NCBI GenBank assembly: GCA_965214705.1
Contig: CBDCCI010000001.1
Location: 224,001 to 288,000, forward strand
DNA: 64,000 nt
Direction: 5' to 3'
Origin: Alphaproteobacteria bacterium
GTDB taxonomy: Bacteria; Pseudomonadota; Alphaproteobacteria; UBA828
Notes under the pieces: generated by a model
Database searches by the model: none
Seen by the model: only the letters and a program-made list of their open reading frames with translations
Told to the model about the DNA's origin: nothing
In this document: positions 39,012 to 49,442 of the stretch, in pieces
Numbering within the stretch: position 1 is the stretch's first letter
Layout of the letters: each line of letters starts with the position of its first letter
Made by a program: the position numbers and the translations under genes

Positions 39012-39959
39012 CTAACGCTTGATCGCGCCGAGGGTGAGGCCGCGCACCAGATGCCGCTGGATGAAGAAGCCGACGATCACCAGCGGAACGATGGAGACGC
39101 AGGCGAGCGCCGCCTGAATGCCGTACTGCTGCCCCGAGGTGGCGCTGAAGTACTTGGAGAGCTTGACCGGGATCGTCTCGACGTTGGTGTAGGTCAGCAC
39201 CAGCGCGAACAGGAACTCGCTCCAGTTGAGGATGAAGATGAAGAGCGAGGTTGCAATCAGGCCGCCCTTGATGAGCGGCACAGTGACCTTGATGTGCGCC
39301 TCCCATCGCGACATGCCGTCCATCATCGCCGCTTCCTCGATCTCCTGAGGCAGCTCGTCGATGAAGCTCTTCAACATCCAGGTGGAGAACGGCACGGTGA
39401 CCGCGGCGTAGGCCAGTATCAGGCCCCAATAGGAGTCGGTCGCCTCGATCCCCGGCGCGCTGAACATCACGACGAACGGGATGGCGATCGCAATGGGTGG
39501 GAACATTCGCCCCGATAATATGAAGAAGGGCGTGACGTTGCCGCCGAATCGGTATCGCGCGATGGCAATTGCGGCCATGAAGCCGACCACAATGGACAGC
39601 ATTGTCGAGAGCACCGAGATGATGATCGAGCCCCGGATGGACTGCCACGCCGATTTGGTCAGGAAGTCGGCGACCGCGCCGCTCACCGCGTCGGATTCGG
39701 TCGCGCGCTGAGCCGTGACCTCGCCCTCCTCGGTGTACTGGCCGAGACCTCCCCGCTGCTCGAGCAGGACGGACGGCCACAGAATGACGAGGTAGTTAGT
39801 GACGGTGCCGTTCTCGGACACCCACACAGGCGGCGTCGTGACCCACTCGTTGGACGGCTTGAAGGAGGTGGACACCATCCAGAACAGCGGGAATACCGCG
39901 AAGAGCAGCCCGAAGGCGAGCCCGATCGCGCTGCCGGGGCCGAACTTCCGCGCACCCAT
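39012..39959 (-). CDS. Carbohydrate-type ABC permease (MalG-like)
   Basis: STSFK, EIEEAAMMDG EAA loop, WSEFLFAL. Confidence 0.92.
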   Translation of the reverse strand: MGARKFGPGSAIGLAFGLLFAVFPLFWMVSTSFKPSNEWVTTPPVWVSENGTVTNYLVILWPSVLLEQRGGLGQYTEEGEVTAQRATESDAVSGAVADFLTKSAWQSIRGSIIISVLSTMLSIVVGFMAAIAIARYRFGGNVTPFFILSGRMFPPIAIAIPFVVMFSAPGIEATDSYWGLILAYAAVTVPFSTWMLKSFIDELPQEIEEAAMMDGMSRWEAHIKVTVPLIKGGLIATSLFIFILNWSEFLFALVLTYTNVETIPVKLSKYFSATSGQQYGIQAALACVSIVPLVIVGFFIQRHLVRGLTLGAIKR

Positions 39960-40946
39960 CTAGCGCTTCTCCAGCAGCTCGTAGCGGATCGGCTTGAGCA
40001 TCATGTTGATCATCACCACCGTGATCACCAGCACGATGAAGCCTGCCGAGCCCGCATAGGCGAGACGGAAGTCCTGGAAGCCGAGCTTGTAGAGATACAG
40101 ACTCATGGTCTCGGTCGCCGTGCCGGGGCCGCCGCGAGTCAGGATGTAAATCTCGTCGAAGAGCTTGATGACCTCCATGCCGCGGATCACGAAGGCGATG
40201 ATGATGACGCCCCGCATGTTCGGCATGATGACGGTCCAGAAAATCCGCCAATTGCTGGCGCCCAGCACGGTCGCCGCCCGCACCGGGTTCTCCGGCACCG
40301 CGTTGAGGCCCGAGAGCAGGATCAGGAAGAACAGCGGCGTCCAGTGCCAGACCTCCGTGATAACCACGGCGAAGAAGGCCAGCACGCCGTTATTGAGCCA
40401 CTGCAAATCGGCCCCGGCGGAGGTGCCGCCGATCCAGCCCAGCACCTGATTGACCGGACCACTGTACTGGAACAGCATGAACCAGGTGTAGCCGACGACG
40501 ACCGGCATGATCATCATCGGGGTCAGCAGCGCGGTGAACCAGATGCGCTTGCCCCAGAACGTCTTGAGGAAGATCGTGGCCAGCCCGAGCCCGATGACGA
40601 ATTCGAGGCAGAGGCTCAGGACCGATATGGCGAGCGTCCGGCCCAGCGCCTCGAGGAAGCGCGGCTCGTCCGTCACCAGATAGTAGTAGTTGAGGCCGAG
40701 CTCGGTATCGCCGGAGAACACCGTCCCCACGGCGTGCCAGATGGAGGTTCCGTAGGTCGGCTGCCATTCGGTCAGCGCGACGAAGAACTCCAGGCCGAAG
40801 GGGAAAATCAACATCGTGATCAACAAGAGCTGAACCGGCGTGATGAAGAGTATGCCGATATAGCGCTTGTCATTGGGGTCGAACAGGCGTGCCCGTGCCT
40901 GCAATGCACGCACGGGCACGCCGCCGTTCGCAGTCTTCGTAACCAC
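39960..40946 (-). CDS. Carbohydrate-type ABC permease (MalF-like)
   Basis: EVWHWTP, LSGL...RAATVLGA, LTRGGPGTATET. Confidence 0.92.
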   Translation of the reverse strand: MVTKTANGGVPVRALQARARLFDPNDKRYIGILFITPVQLLLITMLIFPFGLEFFVALTEWQPTYGTSIWHAVGTVFSGDTELGLNYYYLVTDEPRFLEALGRTLAISVLSLCLEFVIGLGLATIFLKTFWGKRIWFTALLTPMMIMPVVVGYTWFMLFQYSGPVNQVLGWIGGTSAGADLQWLNNGVLAFFAVVITEVWHWTPLFFLILLSGLNAVPENPVRAATVLGASNWRIFWTVIMPNMRGVIIIAFVIRGMEVIKLFDEIYILTRGGPGTATETMSLYLYKLGFQDFRLAYAGSAGFIVLVITVVMINMMLKPIRYELLEKR

Positions 40947-40981
40947 GTTACCTGCAGTCCGGTTGGGCTGTTACCGTCGGA

Positions 40982-42595
40982 CTACAGAACCCACTTGTCG
41001 ACGCCGACGAGCTTCTGCAGCGGCTCGGGATACATCTTGGCCAGGCCGTGCCAGCTCTCTTTCTGCTCCGCCTTGCCCAGACGCCGCGTGATGCGGTTCT
41101 GCTCCTTGGCGGTGTCTTCCATGGCCTCTTCCGGCGACTTGTTGCCGTTGTAGGCGGCGGTCAGATTGACGTCGAGCGCGTTGAGGTACTCGGCCGCGCC
41201 GCGCAGCTGAATCTCCGGCACCGCGTCCACGATCGCCTCGGCATGCGTGGCCAGGAAATCGCCCGGATAGGCGGCGAAGAACTCGGCCGACGGAGCGAAG
41301 AAGTGGTTGTCGCGCCACGGGTCGAAGTAGCCGCCCTCGTTCGGGATCGAGCGCATCGACATGGTCGGCCCCGTGATCCACTGCGAGAAGCAGTAGGCGG
41401 CTTCCTGGATCGGCGAGTAGTTGCTGACCACGAAGTCCCAGGCGAAGGCATGGATGCACGAGCGGATGAGCTCGTCGCCGTGCATGGTGCCCGGCACCTT
41501 CGAGACGGCGGTCTGCGAAGGCTCGCCGTCCTCGCCCTTGGCGGCGATGATCGACTGAGAGCCAGCCGCGTCGTTGCTGTAGCGCCAGAGCGACGGCCAG
41601 CCGAACTCGCAGAAGCCACGGCCCTGCGCGTAGTACTGCGCGTAGTTCTCAGTGAAGCCGTAGGTGAACTGCTCGGCCGGCATGATGTCCTGCAGCGCGA
41701 TCAGCTCCTTGACCGTCTCGATGCCTTGCGGCGTGTCGGCCAGCGAGTTCATGTCCTCGTCGAAGTAGAAGTGGCCCTTCGACTGGACCCGCGTCATCCA
41801 GTGGAACTTGTTCCAGAACGGCGAGCGGTACTCGAGCGCCCCGTAGAAGTTGTTGTCCGGGTCGTGCATCGTGGCGCAAAGCTCGTCGTACTCGGCCCAG
41901 GTATGGACCATCTCGCGCTTCGACTTCGGCGCCAGGCCCTTCTCGGCGAGCTTGTCCTTGCGGTAGCTGAGGTGCCACCAGTCGCCGTCACAGTAGAGGC
42001 CGTAGGTCTTGCCCTTGTACTTCTGCCCGAAGTCGGAAACCGGGAACTGGAGCTGGTTGGGCCCTGAATAAACCTCGGGATCGTACTTGTCCATGTAGTC
42101 GTCGAGGGGCCGCGCCACGCCAGACTCGGCGAGGTCTGCAAGGCTCAGCGGGGCCGGGATCATGATGTCGTAGCGGCCCGTCTTGGCCACCGCTTCCTGC
42201 ATCGCCTTCTGGTGTGTCTCGGTGACCGGCACCTCGATCAGCTCGAGATCGAAACCGGTCAGCCCCTTCCACTCCTCGACGAAGGGCGAGAGGTTACCGC
42301 CGGACCCCGACGGATACATGATGCTGATGGTCTTCTTCTCGGCACTGTCGAAGAGCGCCTTGGCGCCGTTGATGGCGCGCTCTTCAGGAGTCGCACCATC
42401 GGCCGCCCAGGCCTGCCTCACGCTGAGGGGCGCCTGCTTCATGAGCATGGAGATCGCGCCCGCGCCGAGCCCGAGGCCGGCCATGCCCTTGATCAGGTCG
42501 CGCCGCGAGACCTTGTAGTTCTTCCGGTCCGCGTGCATCGACCAGAGCCGATACAACTCCTTCGTAAACTGCTCCTTTTTGTCGGAATGCGACAT
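40982..42595 (-). CDS. ABC solute-binding protein (family 1), Tat-exported
   Basis: SRRDLIKG twin-arginine motif after a long charged N-region; AAGGGAG RBS before ATG 42595; heads the ABC operon. Confidence 0.88.
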   Translation of the reverse strand: MSHSDKKEQFTKELYRLWSMHADRKNYKVSRRDLIKGMAGLGLGAGAISMLMKQAPLSVRQAWAADGATPEERAINGAKALFDSAEKKTISIMYPSGSGGNLSPFVEEWKGLTGFDLELIEVPVTETHQKAMQEAVAKTGRYDIMIPAPLSLADLAESGVARPLDDYMDKYDPEVYSGPNQLQFPVSDFGQKYKGKTYGLYCDGDWWHLSYRKDKLAEKGLAPKSKREMVHTWAEYDELCATMHDPDNNFYGALEYRSPFWNKFHWMTRVQSKGHFYFDEDMNSLADTPQGIETVKELIALQDIMPAEQFTYGFTENYAQYYAQGRGFCEFGWPSLWRYSNDAAGSQSIIAAKGEDGEPSQTAVSKVPGTMHGDELIRSCIHAFAWDFVVSNYSPIQEAAYCFSQWITGPTMSMRSIPNEGGYFDPWRDNHFFAPSAEFFAAYPGDFLATHAEAIVDAVPEIQLRGAAEYLNALDVNLTAAYNGNKSPEEAMEDTAKEQNRITRRLGKAEQKESWHGLAKMYPEPLQKLVGVDKWVL

Positions 42596-42816
42596 GCGCA
42601 GTCTCCCTTCAGCACCGGGCGGGGACATCCGGGCCCGGTTCTCATCGATTGTCCAAGGTTGATGCACCGCGCGGGCGCGGCGCGTATGACACTCCCTTTG
42701 CGCGGCGCACAATACAGATGGCGTGCCCGCCACGCAAATGGAATTAGAATGCCTGTGGCGCGGGCATGGCAGCGGCTGTGCAGGCGCAACATCACGCGTG
42801 GAGGCAGCACCCGGCG

Positions 42817-43389
42817 ATGCGCTGGATCAAGGAATACACCATCGAGAAGCCCGCAATCTGCGACGAGCTGATCAAGGGCTTCAAGCGGACGCGCCGGCTC
42901 GGCCTCACTAGGCAGGGGACGAGCGCCAAGGGCGTCGACAAAGCCTGGAAGGACTCCGAGGACGCGAGCCTCACCTGCTTTCCCTACGAGATCTATGCCA
43001 AGACGGTGCGCGCCTATCGCGGCCATGTCATGGCCTGCCTCGCCGACTATCTGCGGCAATTCCCGGTGCTGGCCGAGGCCTCCGACAAGCTGGGCTTCCT
43101 GGAGCCGCCGCAGATGCAATACTACCAGCCGGGCGGCGCCTTCCACGGCGCCCACTACGAGTCGAGCGGCCTCGACCTCGGCCACCGGGTGCTCGCCTTC
43201 CAGACCTTCCTGAACGACATCAAAGAGGGCGGCGGCACCTACTTCACCTTTCAGGACCACTTGGTCCGACCGGCCAAGGGCAAGACCCTGATCTGGCCTG
43301 CGGGCTTCACCCACACGCACAAGGGCGAGGTCGCGCCGCGGGAGGAGAAGTACATCATCACCGGGTGGATCAGCTTCATGGGCGTTTAG
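42817..43389 (+). CDS. 2-oxoglutarate/Fe(II) oxygenase (prolyl-hydroxylase-like fold)
   Basis: QYYQPGG, HYE, FLNDIKEGGGTYF, IWPAGFTHTHKG, KYIITGW; GGAGG upstream of ATG 42817 (start uncertain). Confidence 0.85.
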   Translation: MRWIKEYTIEKPAICDELIKGFKRTRRLGLTRQGTSAKGVDKAWKDSEDASLTCFPYEIYAKTVRAYRGHVMACLADYLRQFPVLAEASDKLGFLEPPQMQYYQPGGAFHGAHYESSGLDLGHRVLAFQTFLNDIKEGGGTYFTFQDHLVRPAKGKTLIWPAGFTHTHKGEVAPREEKYIITGWISFMGV

Positions 43390-43410
43390 ACACGCCTTCC
43401 CCTACGCGTC

Positions 43411-43439
43411 GGGGGCGGCCGCGTGGCACGGCCGCCCCC
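43411..43439. terminator. GC-rich hairpin between the convergent oxygenase and porin genes
   Basis: Perfect 11-bp arms GGGGGCGGCCG / CGGCCGCCCCC with a 7-nt loop. Confidence 0.65.
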
Positions 43440-43486
43440 TATCCCTCCGTGCCGCCCCTCGCGGAGCGCTTGGATCGTTCGCGTAC

Positions 43487-44752
43487 CTAGAACTTGATGC
43501 GTGCGCCGACGCCCGCAACGGTGACGTCGTTGGTCGCGGCGCCCGCGATATCGGCCTCGTACATGCCGTAGACGCCGTAGAACTCTGCGCCGAGGCTCTT
43601 GACCTTCTGCACGACAGCGACGTCGATGGCACTGCCGCTGTCGCCGTCCGCGTTCTCGGCGTCCATGAAGCCGATCGAAAGTGCCGTACCCCCTGCAGGA
43701 TTGATGTCGAGCTTCTGACCAAGCTTCGCATAGGTCATCCTCGCTGAGTCGTCACCGTCCTCCTCGGTCGCGTAGGCGACGGTGAAGCTCGTGCCGGATG
43801 GCGCCAGGAGCGATGCCGAGCCACCCATTCCGGTGTCGTCGCCATTCACCCACTGAGCGGCGACAGCTTCGACCTCGAAACCGCCCAGATCGCGGCCGTA
43901 ACGGACTGCCATGTCCCAGGGACCGGAATCGCCGTCGTCCTTGTCGCTCTGGAGCGAGGTGGAGAGCTGGAAGCCTCCGATGCTCGGCGAATCGTAGCGC
44001 AGCCGGTCCTTCCGGCTGTGTCCGTCGAGATTGTCGAAGATGCCATCGACCTTGGAGTGGGTATTGCCATCTGAGTCGACGAACCTGACATCGGCGCCGA
44101 GCGCACCACCGGAGCCTGATCCGCTGATCACGCCGGTACCCGAGAGATCCGCCTCGGCAACGCCGTCAGACGCGGTGCTACCCTGACCGATCGAAAACTT
44201 GCCGGCACCTTTGCTCTTGACCCACAGCTCGAGCTTGCGCTCGGTGAAGGTCTCCTTGCCGCTGTTCACGTCGCCCTGCAGATTGACCTTGGACGACGAG
44301 TTCGACTCCATCTGCACTTCGACGGTGGTGCCGGCGGACCATCCGCCGTCCATCTTGGCCTTGCCCTTGAAGCCCACGCGGGTGGACGACATGTCGTTGT
44401 CCGCGTTGAAGAGCCGGCTGTCGTTGCCGTCGCTGGCAAGAAGCAGCATCCGGTTTACCTGGCCGTAGACCTTTAGGCTCACCCGATCCTTGCCGGACTT
44501 CACCATCTTGGCCGGCGCTGCGGGCTCCGCCATATCCGCCATCTTGTTGCCTTGCTCCACCACCATGTTCTTGAGGATCTGCACTTCCTGCATCAGATCC
44601 TCGACCTTGGAGCGGAGCTCGGCATTCTCCGACTCGAGGTGGCTGTCGGCGAGCGAAGGGCCCGCGAGGCCGACCAAGAACGCCGTCCCGAGAAGCGCCG
44701 CGGCCAGAGATTTCCCCCCGAAGCGACACCGATTGCGCACGAAACCCATCAC
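43487..44752 (-). CDS. Outer-membrane porin with N-terminal coiled coil
   Basis: Signal peptide, LKVYGQVNR, STRVGFKG, RLRYDSP, terminal Phe; strong RBS. Confidence 0.85.
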   Translation of the reverse strand: MMGFVRNRCRFGGKSLAAALLGTAFLVGLAGPSLADSHLESENAELRSKVEDLMQEVQILKNMVVEQGNKMADMAEPAAPAKMVKSGKDRVSLKVYGQVNRMLLLASDGNDSRLFNADNDMSSTRVGFKGKAKMDGGWSAGTTVEVQMESNSSSKVNLQGDVNSGKETFTERKLELWVKSKGAGKFSIGQGSTASDGVAEADLSGTGVISGSGSGGALGADVRFVDSDGNTHSKVDGIFDNLDGHSRKDRLRYDSPSIGGFQLSTSLQSDKDDGDSGPWDMAVRYGRDLGGFEVEAVAAQWVNGDDTGMGGSASLLAPSGTSFTVAYATEEDGDDSARMTYAKLGQKLDINPAGGTALSIGFMDAENADGDSGSAIDVAVVQKVKSLGAEFYGVYGMYEADIAGAATNDVTVAGVGARIKF

Positions 44753-44927
44753 ACTCTCCTCCCCCTGAAGATCACACGCGTTGAGCCGGTTCGAGCGGCT
44801 CTCTGCGCGGGAAGTTAGGCGGTCGGTATGACGTGTTGGTTACGCTCGTGTGAAGGATGGGTGTCATCGGACGGTGGCCCGCGTCCGCACGGTCTGACCG
44901 AGGGAGTAACGGACGCGGGGAGAGCTC

Positions 44928-46337
44928 CTAGAGCGAGTTCAGCGCTACCCGGACCGCACGGTGCTCGTCCGTGCCTGGCGCAAGCAGGCCGAGGAGCCGC
45001 TCCCAATGCGCGCGCGCGGTGGCGCTGTCGCCCCGCTCCATCGCCGCGAGCCCGACGAACCAGAGCGCCGCCCCATCGTCCGGCGTGAGTGCCAGGATGC
45101 GCTCGTAGACCGCCACAGCCTCCGGCGGAGGCGGCTCCGCACCGACGTCGCCGGTGAGCGCGCGGGCGTAGGCGTGGAGGGTCGCGAGGTCGTCTGGAGC
45201 CAGCTCCGAAGCCCGGCGCAGCGTTTCCATCGCCTTCTCGGGCTCGCCGAGCACGGCGTAGGATTGGGCGAGGCGCCGCCAGCCTTCGGGGTCGTCTGGA
45301 TTATCCTCAAGCCGCGCGGCGAGGCTTTCCACCATGCCGCGGATCATCGCCATGCGCTCTTCGGGCGACATCTCGGCCGCTGCCGCCATGTCCTCCGCAG
45401 TGGGCCCGGAAGGCGCGTCCGACACCGCTGGCCCGCTTGGAACAGCCCCCGGCTCGACACCGAGAACCTCGGCAGCCTGGCCGATCAGTTGCTCCAGGTC
45501 CCTGCGCCAGGACGCGTCAGCCGGCGTGTCGGCGGCGAGCGCAAGCCACATGTCGTAGGCCTCCCGCACCGCGCCGGCCTGGGCGCGGGCAAGGGCAAGG
45601 TGGAAGCGCGCTGCCGGATCGGTTGGCCGCGCGTCGAGGACCTGACGGAAGGCCCCGACCGCCTCCGGCACCACCATCCCGTCATTGGCCCAGACGATCG
45701 CTTCGCCCAGCATCGCCAGCACCTCGGGATCGTCACCGGAAAGCATCGCCGCCCGCCTGAGCGCATCGGCCGCCTCGGGGTAGCGCTGCAGCACCACGTA
45801 AGAGCGGCCGAGTAGGAGCCAGCCTTCGAGATTGTCGGGCTCGCCCTCGAGCCGGGCCGCAAGCTGTTCGACCGGCCCGCTTAGAGCCCCGAGGGCCTCG
45901 GTTCGGGCGGCCGGCCGCTCGATCTCCGCGAAGGGCCGACCAGGCAAGCCGGGAGTGCCGAGGCTTGCGTAGATACCGGCGGCAAGCGCCGGAATGCAGA
46001 GCCCGAGGCCGATGGCCGTAGCCCGCCGCCGCCAGCTCGCGCGCGATTTCGCACCCGCTGGCCCAGGTGTCTTCTCTTCCTCCGCCGGCTGAGCCGCGTC
46101 CCGCGTCCGTGCCGCGCGCAGCATGCGCCGCTCGATCTCGGTTCGGGCCGCCTCCACCTGCTCCTCGCTGACCAGACCGCGGGCGCGATCGCTCTCCAGC
46201 TCGCGAAGCTGGTCGCGATAGACGGTGAGGTCGTAGTCCGCCCGCGACGGGCTCCGGCGGTGCCGGTGCAGCACTGGGATCAGCACTGCCGCGACGGCGA
46301 GCGCCGTCAGCAATGCGGCGGCGAGCGCGAAGATCAT
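44928..46337 (-). CDS. ccmI: Cytochrome c biogenesis protein CcmI/CycH (TPR)
   Basis: VYRDQLRELESD...EIERR, TM helix, repeated LAARLExxPDxxEGW TPR units. Confidence 0.92.
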   Translation of the reverse strand: MIFALAAALLTALAVAAVLIPVLHRHRRSPSRADYDLTVYRDQLRELESDRARGLVSEEQVEAARTEIERRMLRAARTRDAAQPAEEEKTPGPAGAKSRASWRRRATAIGLGLCIPALAAGIYASLGTPGLPGRPFAEIERPAARTEALGALSGPVEQLAARLEGEPDNLEGWLLLGRSYVVLQRYPEAADALRRAAMLSGDDPEVLAMLGEAIVWANDGMVVPEAVGAFRQVLDARPTDPAARFHLALARAQAGAVREAYDMWLALAADTPADASWRRDLEQLIGQAAEVLGVEPGAVPSGPAVSDAPSGPTAEDMAAAAEMSPEERMAMIRGMVESLAARLEDNPDDPEGWRRLAQSYAVLGEPEKAMETLRRASELAPDDLATLHAYARALTGDVGAEPPPPEAVAVYERILALTPDDGAALWFVGLAAMERGDSATARAHWERLLGLLAPGTDEHRAVRVALNSL

Positions 46338-46348
46338 CGGCCGCCGGG

Positions 46349-46837
46349 CTAGGCGTCGTCGTCGAGAAGCGCGTCGAGCCGCCGTCGCTCCTCGGCGGAA
46401 AGGGGCGCCGTCCCCGCTTCGCGCGCGCCGGCCTTCGCGCGGTGCACGAGGGCAAAGGCGATGGCGGCGCCGGCGACGAAGACCGCAGCCGGCCCAAACC
46501 AGAGCGCGTAGGTCTCGGGCTTCACGGGCGGGTCGAGCAGAACGTAATCTCCGTAGCGGTCGGTCAGGAACCCCCTTACCGCGTCATCGCTCGCGCCGGC
46601 AGCGATGCGCTCACGGACGATGGCGCGCATGTCTTGGGCCAGCGGCGCGTTGGAATCGGCGATCGACTGGCCCTGGCACACCATGCAGCGAAGCTCGGCA
46701 TGGAGCGCTCGGGCGCGCGCTTCGAGCGCGGCATCGGCGAGCGGCTCGTCGGGCGTGAAAGCCAAGCCGGGACCCGCTGCCAGCGCCAGCCACAGGGAGA
46801 CGATGCCGCCAAGCAGAGTGCCGCCCGCGACTTTCAT
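46349..46837 (-). CDS. ccmH: Cytochrome c biogenesis protein CcmH/CycL
   Basis: LRCMVCQGQSIADS, RYGDYVLLDPP. Confidence 0.95.
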   Translation of the reverse strand: MKVAGGTLLGGIVSLWLALAAGPGLAFTPDEPLADAALEARARALHAELRCMVCQGQSIADSNAPLAQDMRAIVRERIAAGASDDAVRGFLTDRYGDYVLLDPPVKPETYALWFGPAAVFVAGAAIAFALVHRAKAGAREAGTAPLSAEERRRLDALLDDDA

Positions 46838-47439
46838 CCCCGCAGGTCCTCGATCAGCGGCAGGATGGCCTCGTCGAGGTCGTGCTGCGAGAGCACGCCC
46901 ACGTGGCGGTGGCGGATGCGGCCTGCACCGTCCACCACGAAGGTCTCGGGTATGCCATAGACCCCCCAGTCGATCCCGGTCCGGCCGTCGAGATCGGCCC
47001 CCATCAGCGTGTAGGGATTGCCGAGGCGGCCCAGCCAGCGCTCGGCGTCGTCCGGCGTGTCCTTATAGTTAATGCCGTAGAGCGGGACCGTGCCGGAGTC
47101 GGCGAGCGCCATGAGCAGGGGGTGCTCGACCCGGCATGGGCCGCACCAGGAGGCGAAGATGTTGACGAGCGCAATCTCGCCATTCTGAAGATCGGCCGTC
47201 GCGAACCCACCTGCGTCCTCGAACCCCTGAACCGGCGGGAGAGTGAAATCCGGCACCGGCTTGTCGATCAGCGCCGACGGAACCTTGCCGGGATCGCCGG
47301 TGAGCAACTGGACGCCGAGCGCGGCGGCGAGCGCCACGAACAAGAACATCGGCACGAGATAGCGCAGCCTGCGCGCGGCGGAGACCGGCGCGCGGGCAGG
47401 CGCCTCCTCTGCCGGGGCGTCCGTTCCCTTCTCCGCCAC
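46834..47439 (-). CDS. ccmG: Thiol:disulfide interchange protein CcmG/DsbE
   Basis: PSALIDKP, FASWCGPCRVEHP, GINYKD, GVYGIPETF; start uncertain. Confidence 0.93.
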   Translation of the reverse strand: MAEKGTDAPAEEAPARAPVSAARRLRYLVPMFLFVALAAALGVQLLTGDPGKVPSALIDKPVPDFTLPPVQGFEDAGGFATADLQNGEIALVNIFASWCGPCRVEHPLLMALADSGTVPLYGINYKDTPDDAERWLGRLGNPYTLMGADLDGRTGIDWGVYGIPETFVVDGAGRIRHRHVGVLSQHDLDEAILPLIEDLRG

Positions 47440-47453
47440 GGCTTCGCGGCCCC

Positions 47454-49442
47454 TCACTCGCCCGTGCCGGCAGCGGCGACAGCGGGCGCCGAATGCCGGC
47501 GGCGGGTGGGCGCGCCCACGCGGTGGCGCCGGTCGGTCAGTGAGACCACTCCGCCGGCCACCATGGCTAGTGCACCGATCCAAATCCAGGGCACGAGCGG
47601 ATTGTGGTGGATGCGGATCGCCGTGCCACCGGGCGCATCCTCGCCAACCACGACATAGAGGTCGGAAAGCCAGGTGGTGTGGATCGCGGCCTCGGTGGTC
47701 CAGGTGTCCTGCACCGGATAATGGCGGCGCTCGGGCAGGAGGAGCGCGACCTCCTCACCGTCCTGCAGGACCCGGACCTCGCCCCGCCGGGCGATATAGT
47801 TGGGGCCGGGCACGTCGCCGATGCTCTGAAGCTCGAAATCGTAGCCGGCAAGGGTGACCGTATCGCCCGGCTGCATCGACTGCTCCCGCTCGGTCTGCCA
47901 ATTGCCGGCGCCGACCGTGCCCACCACCAGCACCGCCACGCCCAGATGGGCGATGCTCATCGCCCAGGCCGCGCGCGGCAGGCCGACGGCGCGGCGCGCG
48001 CTCTCGGCAAGCGGCACGCGGAAGAGCCGCACGCGCTGCGCGAATTCCGTGAGCACGCCCGCCGCCACCCAACCGGCGAGCGCCATGCCGAGCACCGCAC
48101 CCCAGGGTCCACCGCCGCTCGCTCCGACCGTCGCGGCCACCGCGATGGCGGCGACGAGCGAGACTGCGAGACGCGGCAGCACGGCGCTGGCGCCGGCGCG
48201 CTTCCAGGCCATGAGCGGCCCCACCGCCATCATCAGCAGGAGGGGAATCATCAGGAGCACGAAGGTGGATTCGAAGAAAGGCGGCCCGACCGAAACCTTC
48301 TGGTCCGCGATCGCGTCGAGAATTAGCGGATAAAGCGTGCCGATGAAGACCGTGGCACAGCCGACCGCCAGCAGCAGATTGTTGGCCAAGAGCGAGCTTT
48401 CTCGCGAGATCGGACGGAACGAGCCGCCGGCCCGCATCCCCGGCGCCCGCCAGGCATAGAGCGTGAGCGAGCCGCCGACGACAATCACCAGGAACACCAG
48501 GATGTAGACTCCCCTCGCCGGGTCGGAGGCGAAGCTGTGCACCGAGGTCAGTACGCCGGAGCGCACCAGGAAGGTGCCGAGCAGGCTCAATGAGAAGCCG
48601 AGAATGGCGAGCAGAACCGTCCAGCTCTTTAGGCTGTCCCGTTTCTCCGCCACGATCGAGGAGTGCAGCAGCGCGGTCGCCATCAGCCAGGGCATGAAGG
48701 AGGCGTTCTCCACCGGGTCCCAGAACCAGTATCCGCCCCAGCCAAGCTCGTAGTAGGCCCACCAGGAACCCAAGGCGATGCCGGCCGTTAGCGCGCACCA
48801 TGAGAGCAGCGTCCACGGCCTGACCCAGCGCGCCCAGGCCGCGTTCACACGCCCCTCGATCAGCGCCGCCACGGCGAAGGAGAAGGCGGTCGAGAGCCCG
48901 ACATAGCCGAGGTAGAGCAGCGGCGGGTGGAAGGCGAGGCCGGGGTCCTGCAGCAGCGGGTTGAGGTCGCGCCCGTCGAACGGCGCCGGATCTAGGCGCA
49001 GGAAGGGATTGGAGGTGGCGAGCACGAAGACCAGGAAGCCGAGCCCGATCAGCGCCTGCACAGCCAACACCCAAGAGCGGAAGGCCGGGGGCAGGTTGCG
49101 CCCGAAGACCGCCACGGCGGCGCCGTGGACCGCGAGGATCCACACCCAGAGCAGCATGGAGCCTTCATGATTGCCCCACGTGCCGGTGAACTTGTAGAGC
49201 AGCGGCTTGGCCGAGTGGGAGTTGTCGGCGACCGTCACCACCGAGAAGTCGGAGACGACGAAGGCCTGCATCAGGCAAGCGAGTGCGGCCGAGATAAAGA
49301 CGAACTGGGCCAGCGCCGCCGGCCGCGCCAGCGCCATCAGGCCGCCATCCCGAAGCCTCGCGCCGAGCGGCGCGGCGACGGCCTGCACCAGCGACATCGC
49401 AAGCGCGAGGATCAGGGCGAAGTGGCCGATCTCGGGGATCAT
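47454..49442 (-). CDS. ccmF: Heme lyase CcmF
   Basis: [40 protein letters not shown]. Confidence 0.98.
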   Translation of the reverse strand: MIPEIGHFALILALAMSLVQAVAAPLGARLRDGGLMALARPAALAQFVFISAALACLMQAFVVSDFSVVTVADNSHSAKPLLYKFTGTWGNHEGSMLLWVWILAVHGAAVAVFGRNLPPAFRSWVLAVQALIGLGFLVFVLATSNPFLRLDPAPFDGRDLNPLLQDPGLAFHPPLLYLGYVGLSTAFSFAVAALIEGRVNAAWARWVRPWTLLSWCALTAGIALGSWWAYYELGWGGYWFWDPVENASFMPWLMATALLHSSIVAEKRDSLKSWTVLLAILGFSLSLLGTFLVRSGVLTSVHSFASDPARGVYILVFLVIVVGGSLTLYAWRAPGMRAGGSFRPISRESSLLANNLLLAVGCATVFIGTLYPLILDAIADQKVSVGPPFFESTFVLLMIPLLLMMAVGPLMAWKRAGASAVLPRLAVSLVAAIAVAATVGASGGGPWGAVLGMALAGWVAAGVLTEFAQRVRLFRVPLAESARRAVGLPRAAWAMSIAHLGVAVLVVGTVGAGNWQTEREQSMQPGDTVTLAGYDFELQSIGDVPGPNYIARRGEVRVLQDGEEVALLLPERRHYPVQDTWTTEAAIHTTWLSDLYVVVGEDAPGGTAIRIHHNPLVPWIWIGALAMVAGGVVSLTDRRHRVGAPTRRRHSAPAVAAAGTGE

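Noticed and set aside
44928-46337. Internal duplication in CcmI (LAARLEGEPDNLEGW / LAARLEDNPDDPEGW)
   Set aside because: Ordinary TPR repeats, expected in CcmI/CycH.
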